A stretch of DNA of 64,000 bases from Escherichia coli (lineage in GTDB: Bacteria > Pseudomonadota > Gammaproteobacteria > Enterobacterales > Enterobacteriaceae). The notes under the pieces are model-generated. The model had not been told where the DNA came from. It saw nothing but the letters and a program-made list of their open reading frames with translations, and ran no database searches. Below, in pieces: positions 1-10,308 of the stretch. Positions within the stretch are counted from its first letter, which is position 1, and each line of letters begins with the position of its first letter. Position numbers and translations under genes: made by a program. Location of the stretch: the NCBI RefSeq assembly GCF_050920415.1, contig NZ_CP169309.1. One strand, given 5' to 3'.

Positions 1-1
1 A

Positions 2-823
2 ATTGCCTCCGGTAGCGCGATGATTGTTGATCTGAATACCAACAAAGTGATCTATTCGAACCACCCGGATCTGGTGCGTCCGATTGCGTCTATCAGCAAA
101 TTAATGACCGCGATGGTTGTGCTGGATGCACGATTGCCGCTGGATGAAAAACTGAAAGTGGATATCAGCCAGACGCCGGAGATGAAAGGGGTCTATTCGC
201 GCGTACGACTGAACAGCGAAATCAGCCGTAAAGAGATGCTGTTGCTGGCGCTGATGTCTTCAGAAAACCGCGCGGCGGCAAGCCTTGCGCACCATTATCC
301 CGGTGGTTACAAAGCCTTTATTAAGGCGATGAATGCGAAAGCGAAATCGCTCGGAATGAACAACACGCGCTTTGTTGAACCGACCGGATTGTCGGTGCAT
401 AACGTTTCAACCGCTCGTGATTTAACCAAACTGCTTATTGCCAGCAAACAATATCCATTGATCGGGCAGTTAAGTACTACCCGGGAAGATATGGCAACCT
501 TCTCTAACCCGACGTATACGCTGCCGTTCCGCAATACTAACCATCTGGTGTATCGCGATAACTGGAATATTCAGTTAACCAAAACCGGTTTTACCAATGC
601 GGCGGGCCATTGTCTGGTGATGCGCACGGTTATCAATAATAAACCGGTGGCGCTGGTAGTGATGGATGCGTTTGGCAAATATACCCATTTTGCCGATGCC
701 AGCCGCCTGCGTACCTGGATTGAAACCGGTAAAGTGATGCCTGTTCCGGCAGCAGCGTTGAGCTATAAAAAACAAAAAGCCGCCCAGATGGCGGCGGCGG
801 GGCAGACGGCGCAGAACGATTAA
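2..823 (+). CDS. pbpG: D-alanyl-D-alanine endopeptidase PBP7; 5' end lies upstream of the window
   Basis: ORF track 20..823; reading frame continues from base 2 ([11 protein letters not shown]...); translation matches recalled E. coli PbpG including SxxK active-site motif (SISK); stop TAA 821-823. Confidence 0.9.
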   Translation: MASGSAMIVDLNTNKVIYSNHPDLVRPIASISKLMTAMVVLDARLPLDEKLKVDISQTPEMKGVYSRVRLNSEISRKEMLLLALMSSENRAAASLAHHYPGGYKAFIKAMNAKAKSLGMNNTRFVEPTGLSVHNVSTARDLTKLLIASKQYPLIGQLSTTREDMATFSNPTYTLPFRNTNHLVYRDNWNIQLTKTGFTNAAGHCLVMRTVINNKPVALVVMDAFGKYTHFADASRLRTWIETGKVMPVPAAALSYKKQKAAQMAAAGQTAQND

Positions 824-825
824 GG

Positions 826-1108
826 GTAGGCAGGATAAGGCGTTTACGCCGCATCAGGCATTCGGAGCACAATGCCTGATGCGATGCTTGCGCATCTTAT
901 CAGGCCTACAAACGTGACGCGTCCGTAGGCAGGATAAGGCGTTCACGCCGCATCCGGCATTCGGAGCACAATGCCTGATGCGATGCTTGCGCATCTTATC
1001 AGGCCTACAAACGTGACGCGTCCGTAGGCAGGATAAGGCGTTCACGCCGCATCCGGCATTCGGTGCACGATGCCTGATGCGATGCTTCTATTTGCATCAG
1101 GCATCCAG
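826..1108. repeat. BIME/REP cluster: three tandem ~99-bp units of REP-type palindromes
   Basis: Unit gtaggcaggataaggcgtt(t/c)acgccgcatc(a/c)ggcattcgg...gcctgatgcgatgcttgcgcatcttatcaggcctac begins at 826, 925 and 1024; lies between convergent pbpG and dld. Confidence 0.85.
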
Positions 1109-1114
1109 CCGTAT

Positions 1115-2830
1115 TTACTCCACTTCCTGCCAGTTTTTACGCTTACTGGTTTTACCGATCCCCGGATTCATGCTGTTGGTCGGATCGTTCTCGCGATAGA
1201 ACTTCTGCAACGTCTCCGGTGCTTTATACAAATGACCGACGTTATGCTCGGCAGGGTATTGCGCGCCGCGCTGCTGTAGCAGTTCCAGCATCTGTTCTTT
1301 CAACGCATGTACATCCACGCCTTTTTTAACGATGTAATCCTGATGGAAGACATAGCACATAAAATGGCCGTAATAGAGCTTGTGCACCAACTGACTGTCG
1401 ATCTCCGGCGGTAAATGCTCATACCACTCGGTGTCGTTACGCCGCAGAGCGATATCCAGCGCCAGAATATCTTCGACTTCATCGGAATGCACCGCCTGAT
1501 AACGAATTGCTGCGCCCGCAGCGGCGAAACGGTGTAAAAACGCTTTGCTGCCTTCCTCCGGCGTACAGACAAAGAAATCGCCCTCGGCCTGTTTGAAATA
1601 ATCCACCAGCCACGATTTTGCTTCACCGACGCCATCGCCCGCCATTTTTAACAGCAGATGATGTTCATATTTATCGCGCCAGCTTTTCATGCGCGGTGGT
1701 AAATGGCTGGGGAACAGGTGACCGAATTTTTGCATCGCACGGTCGGTAAAATGCGGACGGAAGAATTTCACTTTCTCCAGCATCGCATCGGTACGTCCCT
1801 TGAGATTAAAGAAGAACGGCATCTTGTCGGTGCCTAACTTATCAATCATCAGGAAGGTGTCTTTGCCGTATTTTTCCGCAATATCGTAGATATCCCGGTG
1901 CATATATTCCCCGGCAACCGGCAGATTTTCGAAATTAGCCAGAATATGACGGCGGATTTCGGTCAGTACTTCCGGCTGGTTGGTGCCGATATAAAACACC
2001 TGCTGATTTTTTTCTGCTTCGAAGGTATCAAGACGTACCGCAAAGACGGCCAGCTTCCCGGCGCAACCAGAAGATTCAAATAACCGATCCGGATCGGCGT
2101 TATAACGTGCGGGCGTGTCGGCTTCAATATCACGAACGCGGTGGACATAGTCATAATCGTGGGCGTGACGACCATCGTGGCGCACATCGTCATCTTTGAT
2201 GCGATCGTCATCCAGCTTGCTAAGGATCTGCTCCGGCGTTTCGCCCAGATCAATCCCCAGATGGTTCACCAGCGTCAGTTTTCCATCTTCATTTATACGC
2301 GCGAATAACGACATTTCGGTATACGCCGGGCCACGCTGCACCAGCGAGCCGCCGGAGTTGTTACAAATACCGCCGATGACCGATGCGCCTATACACGATG
2401 AGCCAATCACCGAGTGCGGTTCGCGTCCCAGCGGTTTGAGGGCTTTTTCCAGCGAATAAAGCGTGGTGCCCGGATAGGCCAGCACCTGTTCGCCCTTGCC
2501 AAGAACGTGCAGCTTGTCGAGACGCAGGGTGCTGATGATCACGATATCGCGATCATAGTCGTTACCGTTTGGCGTCGAGCCTTCGGTCAGACCTGTATTG
2601 GCAGCCTGCATCAGAATAATTTTGTCGGCGGTGACGCAGGCTTTCAGCACCCGCCACAATTCCAGTAGTGAGCCAGGGAAAACGACAGCCAGCGCGTCGC
2701 CCTGACCAGAACGGAAGCCCTTGCGATAGCGGGCCGTTTTTGCGGGATCGGTGAGCAGGTGTGAATGACCGACCAGACGGGCAAGTTCATTCAAAAAGGC
2801 TTTATTATCAGTTGTTGTCATGGAAGACAT
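1115..2830 (-). CDS. dld: FAD-dependent D-lactate dehydrogenase
   Basis: ORF 1115..2863; start moved to internal ATG at 2830 (MSSMTTTDNKAFL...), giving 571 aa as recalled for K-12 Dld. Confidence 0.9.
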   Translation of the reverse strand: MSSMTTTDNKAFLNELARLVGHSHLLTDPAKTARYRKGFRSGQGDALAVVFPGSLLELWRVLKACVTADKIILMQAANTGLTEGSTPNGNDYDRDIVIISTLRLDKLHVLGKGEQVLAYPGTTLYSLEKALKPLGREPHSVIGSSCIGASVIGGICNNSGGSLVQRGPAYTEMSLFARINEDGKLTLVNHLGIDLGETPEQILSKLDDDRIKDDDVRHDGRHAHDYDYVHRVRDIEADTPARYNADPDRLFESSGCAGKLAVFAVRLDTFEAEKNQQVFYIGTNQPEVLTEIRRHILANFENLPVAGEYMHRDIYDIAEKYGKDTFLMIDKLGTDKMPFFFNLKGRTDAMLEKVKFFRPHFTDRAMQKFGHLFPSHLPPRMKSWRDKYEHHLLLKMAGDGVGEAKSWLVDYFKQAEGDFFVCTPEEGSKAFLHRFAAAGAAIRYQAVHSDEVEDILALDIALRRNDTEWYEHLPPEIDSQLVHKLYYGHFMCYVFHQDYIVKKGVDVHALKEQMLELLQQRGAQYPAEHNVGHLYKAPETLQKFYRENDPTNSMNPGIGKTSKRKNWQEVE

Positions 2831-3025
2831 TTTCCACTCCTTGTGGTGGCGAAAAAATATCACAAACTAGCATAGCGCCTTGTATGACAATTCAGCGAGT
2901 GAATATTTTGAAAATTCAGACAATAAACTGAGCATTCTTTTTCTCTCTCCATCATGCTTATGGCAAACTACGGTTTTTGCACCATTTTCGCTGCCTCGTC
3001 GGGCAACAGAGGAAGAATAATCCAT

Positions 3026-5323
3026 ATGAAATGGCTATGTTCAGTAGGTATCGCGGTGAGTCTGGCCCTGCAACCAGCACTGGCGGATGATTTATTCGGT
3101 AACCATCCATTAACGCCTGAAGCGCGTGATGCGTTCGTCACCGAACTGCTCAAGAAAATGACAGTTGATGAGAAAATTGGCCAGCTGCGCTTAATCAGCG
3201 TCGGCCCGGATAATCCGAAAGAGGCGATCCGCGAGATGATCAAAGACGGGCAGGTTGGGGCGATTTTCAACACCGTAACCCGTCAGGATATCCGCGCCAT
3301 GCAGGATCAGGTGATGGAACTGAGCCGCCTGAAAATTCCTCTCTTCTTTGCTTACGATGTGCTGCACGGTCAACGCACGGTTTTCCCGATTAGCCTCGGT
3401 CTGGCCTCGTCTTTTAACCTCGATGCGGTGAAAACGGTCGGGCGTGTCTCTGCTTATGAAGCCGCAGATGATGGCCTGAACATGACCTGGGCACCGATGG
3501 TCGATGTCTCGCGCGATCCGCGCTGGGGACGTGCTTCCGAAGGTTTTGGCGAAGATACGTATCTCACTTCGATTATGGGTAAGACCATGGTGGAAGCGAT
3601 GCAGGGTAAAAGCCCGGCAGATCGCTACTCGGTGATGACCAGCGTCAAACACTTTGCCGCTTACGGCGCGGTAGAAGGTGGTAAAGAGTACAACACCGTC
3701 GATATGAGTCCGCAGCGCCTGTTTAACGACTATATGCCGCCGTACAAAGCGGGGCTGGATGCAGGCAGCGGTGCGGTAATGGTGGCGCTGAACTCGCTGA
3801 ATGGCACGCCAGCCACCTCCGACTCCTGGCTGCTGAAAGATGTGCTGCGCGATCAGTGGGGCTTTAAAGGCATTACCGTTTCCGATCATGGCGCAATCAA
3901 AGAGCTGATTAAACATGGCACGGCGGCAGACCCGGAAGATGCGGTGCGCGTGGCACTGAAATCCGGCATCAACATGAGTATGAGCGACGAGTATTACTCG
4001 AAGTATCTGCCTGGGTTGATCAAATCCGGCAAAGTGACGATGGAAGAGCTGGATGACGCTGCCCGTCATGTACTGAACGTGAAATATGATATGGGGTTGT
4101 TTAACGACCCGTACAGCCATCTCGGTCCGAAAGAGTCTGACCCGGTGGATACCAATGCCGAAAGCCGCCTGCACCGCAAAGAAGCGCGTGAAGTGGCACG
4201 CGAAAGCCTGGTGTTGCTGAAAAACCGCCTTGAAACGCTGCCGCTGAAAAAAACGGCAACCATTGCGGTGGTAGGGCCACTGGCGGACAGCAAACGTGAC
4301 GTGATGGGCAGCTGGTCCGCAGCCGGTGTTGCCGATCAATCCGTGACCGTACTGACCGGGATTAAAAATGCCGTCGGTGAAAACGGTAAAGTGCTGTACG
4401 CCAAAGGGGCGAACGTTACCAGTGACAAAGGCATTATCGATTTCCTGAATCAGTATGAAGAGGCGGTCAAAGTCGATCCGCGTTCGCCCCAAGAGATGAT
4501 TGATGAAGCGGTGCAAACCGCGAAACAATCTGATGTGGTGGTGGCTGTGGTCGGTGAAGCTCAGGGGATGGCGCACGAGGCTTCCAGCCGTACCGATATT
4601 ACTATTCCGCAAAGCCAACGTGACTTGATTGCGGCGCTGAAAGCCACCGGTAAACCGCTGGTGCTGGTGCTGATGAACGGGCGTCCGCTGGCGCTGGTGA
4701 AAGAAGATCAGCAGGCTGATGCGATTCTGGAAACCTGGTTTGCGGGGACTGAAGGCGGTAATGCGATTGCCGATGTGTTGTTTGGCGATTACAACCCGTC
4801 GGGCAAGCTGCCGATGTCCTTCCCGCGTTCTGTCGGGCAGATCCCGGTGTACTACAGCCATCTGAATACCGGGCGTCCGTATAATGCCGACAAGCCGAAC
4901 AAATACACTTCGCGTTATTTTGATGAAGCTAACGGGGCGCTGTATCCGTTCGGCTATGGTCTGAGCTATACCACCTTCACCGTCTCTGATGTGAAACTTT
5001 CTGCGCCGACCATGAAGCGTGACGGCAAAGTGACCGCCAGTGTGCAGGTGACGAACACCGGTAAGCGCGAAGGGGCGACGGTAGTGCAGATGTACTTGCA
5101 GGATGTGACGGCTTCCATGAGTCGCCCGGTGAAGCAGCTGAAAGGCTTTGAGAAAATCACCCTGAAACCGGGCGAAACTCAGACTGTTAGCTTCCCGATC
5201 GATATTGAGGCGCTGAAGTTCTGGAATCAACAGATGAAATATGACGCCGAGCCTGGCAAATTCAATGTCTTCATCGGCACTGATTCCGCGCGCGTTAAGA
5301 AAGGCGAGTTTGAGTTGCTGTAA
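3026..5323 (+). CDS. bglX: periplasmic beta-glucosidase (GH3)
   Basis: ORF 2954..5323; start at ATG 3026 (MKWLCSVGIAVSLALQPALA signal peptide), 765 aa. Confidence 0.9.
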   Translation: MKWLCSVGIAVSLALQPALADDLFGNHPLTPEARDAFVTELLKKMTVDEKIGQLRLISVGPDNPKEAIREMIKDGQVGAIFNTVTRQDIRAMQDQVMELSRLKIPLFFAYDVLHGQRTVFPISLGLASSFNLDAVKTVGRVSAYEAADDGLNMTWAPMVDVSRDPRWGRASEGFGEDTYLTSIMGKTMVEAMQGKSPADRYSVMTSVKHFAAYGAVEGGKEYNTVDMSPQRLFNDYMPPYKAGLDAGSGAVMVALNSLNGTPATSDSWLLKDVLRDQWGFKGITVSDHGAIKELIKHGTAADPEDAVRVALKSGINMSMSDEYYSKYLPGLIKSGKVTMEELDDAARHVLNVKYDMGLFNDPYSHLGPKESDPVDTNAESRLHRKEAREVARESLVLLKNRLETLPLKKTATIAVVGPLADSKRDVMGSWSAAGVADQSVTVLTGIKNAVGENGKVLYAKGANVTSDKGIIDFLNQYEEAVKVDPRSPQEMIDEAVQTAKQSDVVVAVVGEAQGMAHEASSRTDITIPQSQRDLIAALKATGKPLVLVLMNGRPLALVKEDQQADAILETWFAGTEGGNAIADVLFGDYNPSGKLPMSFPRSVGQIPVYYSHLNTGRPYNADKPNKYTSRYFDEANGALYPFGYGLSYTTFTVSDVKLSAPTMKRDGKVTASVQVTNTGKREGATVVQMYLQDVTASMSRPVKQLKGFEKITLKPGETQTVSFPIDIEALKFWNQQMKYDAEPGKFNVFIGTDSARVKKGEFELL

Positions 5324-5332
5324 TGCTTTAGT

Positions 5333-5365
5333 AAGGGCGCGACGTCTGCGCCCTTTAAGTATTTC
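5333..5365 (+). terminator. bglX rho-independent terminator
   Basis: GC stem aagggcgc / gcgccctt with 7-nt loop, followed by a T-rich tract. Confidence 0.6.
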
Positions 5366-5471
5366 TCTGATTCTGCAATTGAATCCCTCCGCTCAGGCTA
5401 ACCCCGCCATTATCAACTATGCTTTTCTCTTAATTCGCTGAAAACAACAGTAAAAGAATGAGGAAAGCATC

Positions 5472-6389
5472 ATGCCACTCTCAAAGCTCTGGGCAGGTTC
5501 ACTGGTTTTGTTGGCAGCCGTGAGCCTGCCGCTACAGGCGGCTTCTGCCGTTAAAGTCGGTTCAAAAATCGATACCGAAGGCGCGCTACTCGGCAACATT
5601 ATTTTGCAAGTGCTGGAAAGCCACGGCGTACCGACGGTGAATAAAGTCCAGTTGGGAACCACGCCGGTGGTGCGCGGCGCGATCACTTCTGGCGAGCTGG
5701 ATATCTATCCGGAATATACCGGTAATGGCGCTTTCTTCTTTAAAGATGAAAATGATGCGGCGTGGAAAAATGCCGGACAAGGCTACGAGAAAGTCAAAAA
5801 GCTCGATGCAGAGCAAAACAAGTTAATCTGGCTAACGCCCGCGCCTGCAAATAACACCTGGACCATCGCCGTGCGTCAGGATGTGGCAGAGAAAAATAAA
5901 CTCACTTCGCTTGCCGACCTGAGTCGTTATCTGAAAGAGGGTGGCACCTTCAAACTGGCAGCCTCGGCTGAGTTTATCGAACGCGCCGATGCCTTACCCG
6001 CTTTTGAAAAAGCCTACGACTTTAAACTCGGTCAGGATCAGTTGCTGTCACTGGCCGGTGGCGACACGGCGGTGACAATCAAAGCTGCTGCCCAGCAAAC
6101 ATCCGGCGTTAATGCGGCGATGGCTTACGGCACCGACGGCCCGGTCGCGGCGCTGGGGCTGCAAACCTTAAGCGATCCGCAAGGCGTGCAACCTATCTAC
6201 GCGCCTGCACCAGTGGTGCGTGAATCGGTGTTGAAGGAGTATCCGCAAATGGCACAGTGGCTACAGCCAGTCTTCGCCAGCCTCGATGCAAAAACATTGC
6301 AGCAACTGAATGCCAGCATTGCTGTGGAAGGACTGGATGCCAAAAAAGTGGCTGCCGACTACCTGAAACAAAAAGGGTGGACGAAGTAA
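5472..6389 (+). CDS. osmF: ABC transporter periplasmic glycine-betaine-binding protein
   Basis: 305 aa with signal peptide; first gene of four co-directional ABC-transporter genes matching K-12 osmF-yehYXW. Confidence 0.9.
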   Translation: MPLSKLWAGSLVLLAAVSLPLQAASAVKVGSKIDTEGALLGNIILQVLESHGVPTVNKVQLGTTPVVRGAITSGELDIYPEYTGNGAFFFKDENDAAWKNAGQGYEKVKKLDAEQNKLIWLTPAPANNTWTIAVRQDVAEKNKLTSLADLSRYLKEGGTFKLAASAEFIERADALPAFEKAYDFKLGQDQLLSLAGGDTAVTIKAAAQQTSGVNAAMAYGTDGPVAALGLQTLSDPQGVQPIYAPAPVVRESVLKEYPQMAQWLQPVFASLDAKTLQQLNASIAVEGLDAKKVAADYLKQKGWTK

Positions 6390-6395
6390 TTTCCC

Positions 6396-7553
6396 GTGAC
6401 TTATTTCCGTATTAATCCTGTTCTGGCGCTGCTGCTGTTGCTGACGGCAATCGCAGCGGCGCTGCCGTTTATCAGTTACGCGCCTAATCGTTTAGTCTCG
6501 GGTGAGGGGCGTCATCTCTGGCAGCTGTGGCCGCAAACGATCTGGATGCTGGTGGGCGTTGGTTGCGCCTGGCTGACCGCCTGTTTTATTCCCGGTAAAA
6601 AAGGCAGCATTTTTGCACTCATTCTGGCGCAATTCGTCTTCATATTGCTGGTGTGGGGCGCGGGAAAGGCGGCGACACAACTGGCGCAAAATGGCAGTGC
6701 GCTGGCGCGTACCAGCCTCGGCAGTGGTTTCTGGCTGGCTGCGGCGCTGGCACTGCTGGCCTGTAGCGATGCCATCCGCCGAATCTCCACGCATCCGCTG
6801 TGGCGCTGGTTGTTGCATATGCAGATTGCCATTATTCCGCTGTGGTTGCTGTATTCCGGCGCGCTTAACGATCTCTCGCTAATGAAAGAATACGCCAACC
6901 GTCAGGATGTGTTTAATGACGCGCTGGCGCAACATCTGACGTTGCTGTTTGGTGCGGTGCTGCCTGCGTTAGTGATTGGTGTGCCGCTGGGCGTCTGGTG
7001 CTACTTTTCCACTGCGCGGCAGGGGGCGATTTTTTCTCTGCTGAATGTCATTCAGACCGTGCCTTCGGTGGCGCTCTTTGGCCTGTTGATTGCGCCGCTT
7101 GCCGCGCTGGTTACGGCCTTTCCGTGGCTGGGAACGCTCGGCGTAGCAGGAACCGGAATGACACCCGCACTGATTGCCCTGGTGCTCTATGCCTTGCTGC
7201 CGCTGGTGCGCGGTGTGGTAGTCGGCTTGAACCAGATCCCGCGCGATGTGCTGGAGAGCGCCAGAGCGATGGGCATGAGCGGGGCGCAGCGATTCCTGCA
7301 TGTTCAGTTACCGCTGGCGTTACCGGTATTTCTGCGCAGCCTGCGGGTGGTGATGGTGCAAACCGTCGGCATGGCGGTGATTGCGGCGTTAATCGGCGCA
7401 GGTGGTTTTGGTGCGCTGGTTTTCCAGGGGCTGCTAAGCAGTGCCATTGATTTAGTGTTGCTGGGGGTGATCCCGGTAATCGTACTGGCGGTGCTGATCG
7501 ACGCACTGTTCGATCTGGTTATCGCACTGCTGAAGGTGAAAAGTAATGATTGA
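6396..7553 (+). CDS. yehY: ABC transporter permease
   Basis: 385 aa, multi-TM; GTG start at 6396; stop overlaps yehX start. Confidence 0.85.
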   Translation: MTYFRINPVLALLLLLTAIAAALPFISYAPNRLVSGEGRHLWQLWPQTIWMLVGVGCAWLTACFIPGKKGSIFALILAQFVFILLVWGAGKAATQLAQNGSALARTSLGSGFWLAAALALLACSDAIRRISTHPLWRWLLHMQIAIIPLWLLYSGALNDLSLMKEYANRQDVFNDALAQHLTLLFGAVLPALVIGVPLGVWCYFSTARQGAIFSLLNVIQTVPSVALFGLLIAPLAALVTAFPWLGTLGVAGTGMTPALIALVLYALLPLVRGVVVGLNQIPRDVLESARAMGMSGAQRFLHVQLPLALPVFLRSLRVVMVQTVGMAVIAALIGAGGFGALVFQGLLSSAIDLVLLGVIPVIVLAVLIDALFDLVIALLKVKSND

Positions 7554-8472
7554 ATTTAGCCATGTCAGCAAACTGTTCGGCACACAAAAAGCCGTTAACG
7601 ATCTCAACCTCAATTTTCAGGAAGGGAGTTTCTCGGTGCTGATTGGTACATCAGGCTCCGGTAAATCCACCACATTGAAAATGATCAACCGTCTGGTAGA
7701 GCATGACAGCGGAGTGATCCGCTTTGCCGGAGAAGAAATTCGCTCGCTGCCAGTGCTGGAGTTACGCCGCCGGATGGGCTATGCCATTCAATCTATTGGC
7801 CTGTTTCCCCACTGGAGCGTGGCGCAAAACATTGCTACTGTGCCGCAATTACAAAAATGGTCGCGGGCGCGGATCGACGACCGTATCGACGAATTAATGG
7901 CGCTACTGGGGCTGGAGCCAAATTTGCGTGAGCGTTATCCGCATCAGCTTTCCGGTGGTCAGCAGCAACGTGTGGGAGTGGCCCGCGCGTTGGCTGCCGA
8001 TCCGCAAGTCTTACTGATGGATGAACCTTTTGGCGCACTGGACCCGGTAACGCGTGGTGCGTTGCAACAAGAGATGACGCGTATTCACCGTTTGTTAGGG
8101 CGCACCATTGTGCTGGTCACTCATGATATTGATGAGGCGCTACGGTTGGCAGAACATCTGGTATTGATGGATCACGGTGAAGTGGTGCAGCAGGGCAATC
8201 CTCTGGCGATGCTGACTCGTCCGGCGAATGATTTCGTCCGCCAGTTTTTTGGCCGTAGTGAACTGGGGGTCCGCCTGCTTTCGTTACGTAGCGTGGCGGA
8301 TTATGTGCGCCGCGAAGAACGGGCAGAAGGTGAGGCACTGGCAGAAGAGATGACGCTACGCGATGCGCTCTCCCTGTTTGTCGCGCGGGGATGCGAAGTG
8401 CTGCCGGTGGTGAACACGCAGGGCCAGCCTTGCGGCACGCTGCATTTTCAGGATCTGCTGGTGGAGGCGTAA
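7546..8472 (+). CDS. yehX: ABC transporter ATP-binding protein
   Basis: Walker [13 protein letters not shown] signature LSGGQQQRV, Walker B LLMDEP. Confidence 0.9.
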   Translation: MIEFSHVSKLFGTQKAVNDLNLNFQEGSFSVLIGTSGSGKSTTLKMINRLVEHDSGVIRFAGEEIRSLPVLELRRRMGYAIQSIGLFPHWSVAQNIATVPQLQKWSRARIDDRIDELMALLGLEPNLRERYPHQLSGGQQQRVGVARALAADPQVLLMDEPFGALDPVTRGALQQEMTRIHRLLGRTIVLVTHDIDEALRLAEHLVLMDHGEVVQQGNPLAMLTRPANDFVRQFFGRSELGVRLLSLRSVADYVRREERAEGEALAEEMTLRDALSLFVARGCEVLPVVNTQGQPCGTLHFQDLLVEA

Positions 8473-8476
8473 GCGT

Positions 8477-9208
8477 ATGAAGATGTTGCGCGATCCGCTG
8501 TTCTGGCTCATTGCTCTGTTTGTGGCACTGATTTTCTGGCTGCCTTACAGCCAGCCGCTGTTTTCTGCCTTGTTCCCACAACTGCCACGCCCCGTTTATC
8601 AGCAAGAAAGTTTTGCTGCTCTGGCACTGGCTCATTTCTGGCTGGTGGGAATTTCGAGTTTGTTTGCGGTGATCATTGGCACAGGTGCCGGAATTATTGT
8701 TACTCGCCCGTGGGGCGCGGAATTTCGCCCACTGGTGGAAACTATTGCCGCCGTTGGGCAGACTTTTCCGCCCGTTGCGGTGCTGGCGATTGCCGTTCCG
8801 GTGATTGGGTTTGGTCTGCAACCGGCGATTATCGCCTTGATCCTGTACGGTGTGCTGCCCGTCCTGCAGGCGACACTTGCCGGGCTGGGAGCGATTGATG
8901 TCAGCGTGACAGAAGTTGCGAAAGGTATGGGAATGAGCCGTGGTCAGCAACTGCGTAAGGTCGAGCTACCGCTGGCGGCTCCGGTGATTCTGGCGGGCGT
9001 GCGAACTTCGGTGATTATCAACATTGGTACGGCGACGATCGCCTCAACGGTAGGGGCCAGCACGCTGGGTACGCCCATCATCATCGGGCTTAGCGGATTT
9101 AATACCGCGTATGTGATCCAGGGGGCGTTACTGGTGGCACTGGCGGCGATCATCGCAGACCGCCTGTTTGAAAGGCTGGTGCAGGCGCTTAGCCAGCACG
9201 CAAAATAA
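8477..9208 (+). CDS. yehW: ABC transporter permease
   Basis: 243 aa hydrophobic protein, last gene of the osmF-yehYXW operon. Confidence 0.85.
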
Positions 9209-9296
9209 AGGTATAACCTGCGAGCATGACGCCACCAATTCCGCCTAACGCCATAAAAAGGAACAGGGCGATGACCCCAATTTTAGCTATGCGCAT
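9189..9296 (-). CDS. yohO: small membrane protein, 35 aa (below the ORF-track size cutoff)
   Basis: Minus-strand ATG at 9296, stop at 9189-9191; translation [35 protein letters not shown] matches recalled K-12 YohO; 3' end overlaps the yehW 3' end antisense. Confidence 0.75.
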
Positions 9297-9355
9297 AATG
9301 CACTCCTTATGTTAACGAAAGGATTGTACAGTAAAGCGCATTTGTTAACGAATCA

Positions 9356-10087
9356 TTAAATGCCGAGTGGGAAAATATCATGGCCTTGTTCCTGCCAACT
9401 GGTAAGTTGCTGCTGTTGGGCAGAGGTTCGATTTTCACCGCACCACACCAGCAATGTACGGCCTTCGAACAGTTCTGGGCGTAGTTGATTGAGCGAGTGG
9501 GCGAGGACATCAATGCGCCATCCTTGTTGACTGGCAATCCAGCCCTCTAGCCACAGACGGGTGGTATCCTGAATATTCCAGCCAACCACTAGCGCATCTT
9601 TACCCTGTTTTTTACGTGCCGAAGCCAGACAAATGGCGATGTAGTTGATCAGTACGCCGTCGAGGATCGCCAGCAGCGCCTGGAGAGTCGGTTGTTGGCA
9701 CTGAAGCCGTCGGCGCAGAGGAATAAACAGGTGCGTGGTGAGTGTCTGGGCGGGGTAATCCTGACCGCGCTCTTTGATCCACGTTCGCAGGCTATGCAGA
9801 TTGCCGCTTTGCAGGTAAGTCAGTAATGTTTCTTGCTGATCGCGCCAGCCGTTCTGCACATCAACATTTTCATTACTGAGCAGCATTTTAACTTTGCTGA
9901 CCTGCACGCCGTTGTCGATCCAGCGTTTGATCTCGCGGATCCGGTCAATATCGGCATCATTGAACAGCCGATGACCGCCGTCTGTCCGTTGCGGTTTCAG
10001 CAATCCGTAACGCCTCTGCCACGCGCGTAACGTGACAGGGTTAATATCACAAAGCAACGCCACTTCACCAATTGTGTAAAGCGCCAT
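9356..10087 (-). CDS. mlrA: MerR-family transcriptional regulator (activator of csgD)
   Basis: 243 aa; N-terminal MerR HTH (MALYTIGEVALLCDINPVTLRAWQRRYGLL). Confidence 0.9.
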   Translation of the reverse strand: MALYTIGEVALLCDINPVTLRAWQRRYGLLKPQRTDGGHRLFNDADIDRIREIKRWIDNGVQVSKVKMLLSNENVDVQNGWRDQQETLLTYLQSGNLHSLRTWIKERGQDYPAQTLTTHLFIPLRRRLQCQQPTLQALLAILDGVLINYIAICLASARKKQGKDALVVGWNIQDTTRLWLEGWIASQQGWRIDVLAHSLNQLRPELFEGRTLLVWCGENRTSAQQQQLTSWQEQGHDIFPLGI

Positions 10088-10308
10088 CGTCTCACCCTTG
10101 CTCGCGAGGTCCCAGTTTAACTTTAGACGCAGTTTTGCGAACCAGGTAGTTTTGCCCGTTTTTTGTTCATCTATAGGGTGATTTTATTTTTGCCAGGCGA
10201 TTTTGAGTGATCGTACTCACGAATTCTCATTTTTCTGCAAGAGTTCAAAGAAAGTTAAAGGCAGGCAATGTATGTTACGCGTTTTAAAGGGAAGTGTGGT
10301 TTGCGGGT

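Noticed and set aside
854-1045. 63-aa ORF with an internal exact repeat
   Set aside because: An artefact of translating the tandem REP/BIME units.
826-1108. Possible CRISPR array (regular direct repeats)
   Set aside because: Units are ~99 bp, contiguous, with no unique spacers, and match REP palindromes; no cas genes nearby.
1115-2863. Longer N-terminal extensions offered by the ORF track for dld, bglX, btsS, btsR, yehS, yehR, yehP, yehM, yehB, metG, apbC, rcnB, fbaB, gatY, yegR and yegP
   Set aside because: In each case an internal ATG with better SD spacing, operon coupling or signal-peptide placement reproduces the recalled native N-terminus; the extensions run into upstream genes or terminators.
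3191-5230. 679-aa ORF on the minus strand
   Set aside because: Lies entirely antisense within bglX; Arg/His-rich low-complexity translation typical of the reverse frame of a GC-rich gene; no independent start context.
8117-8950. 277-aa ORF on the minus strand
   Set aside because: Spans the yehX/yehW junction antisense; Arg/Pro/His-rich translation, not protein-like.
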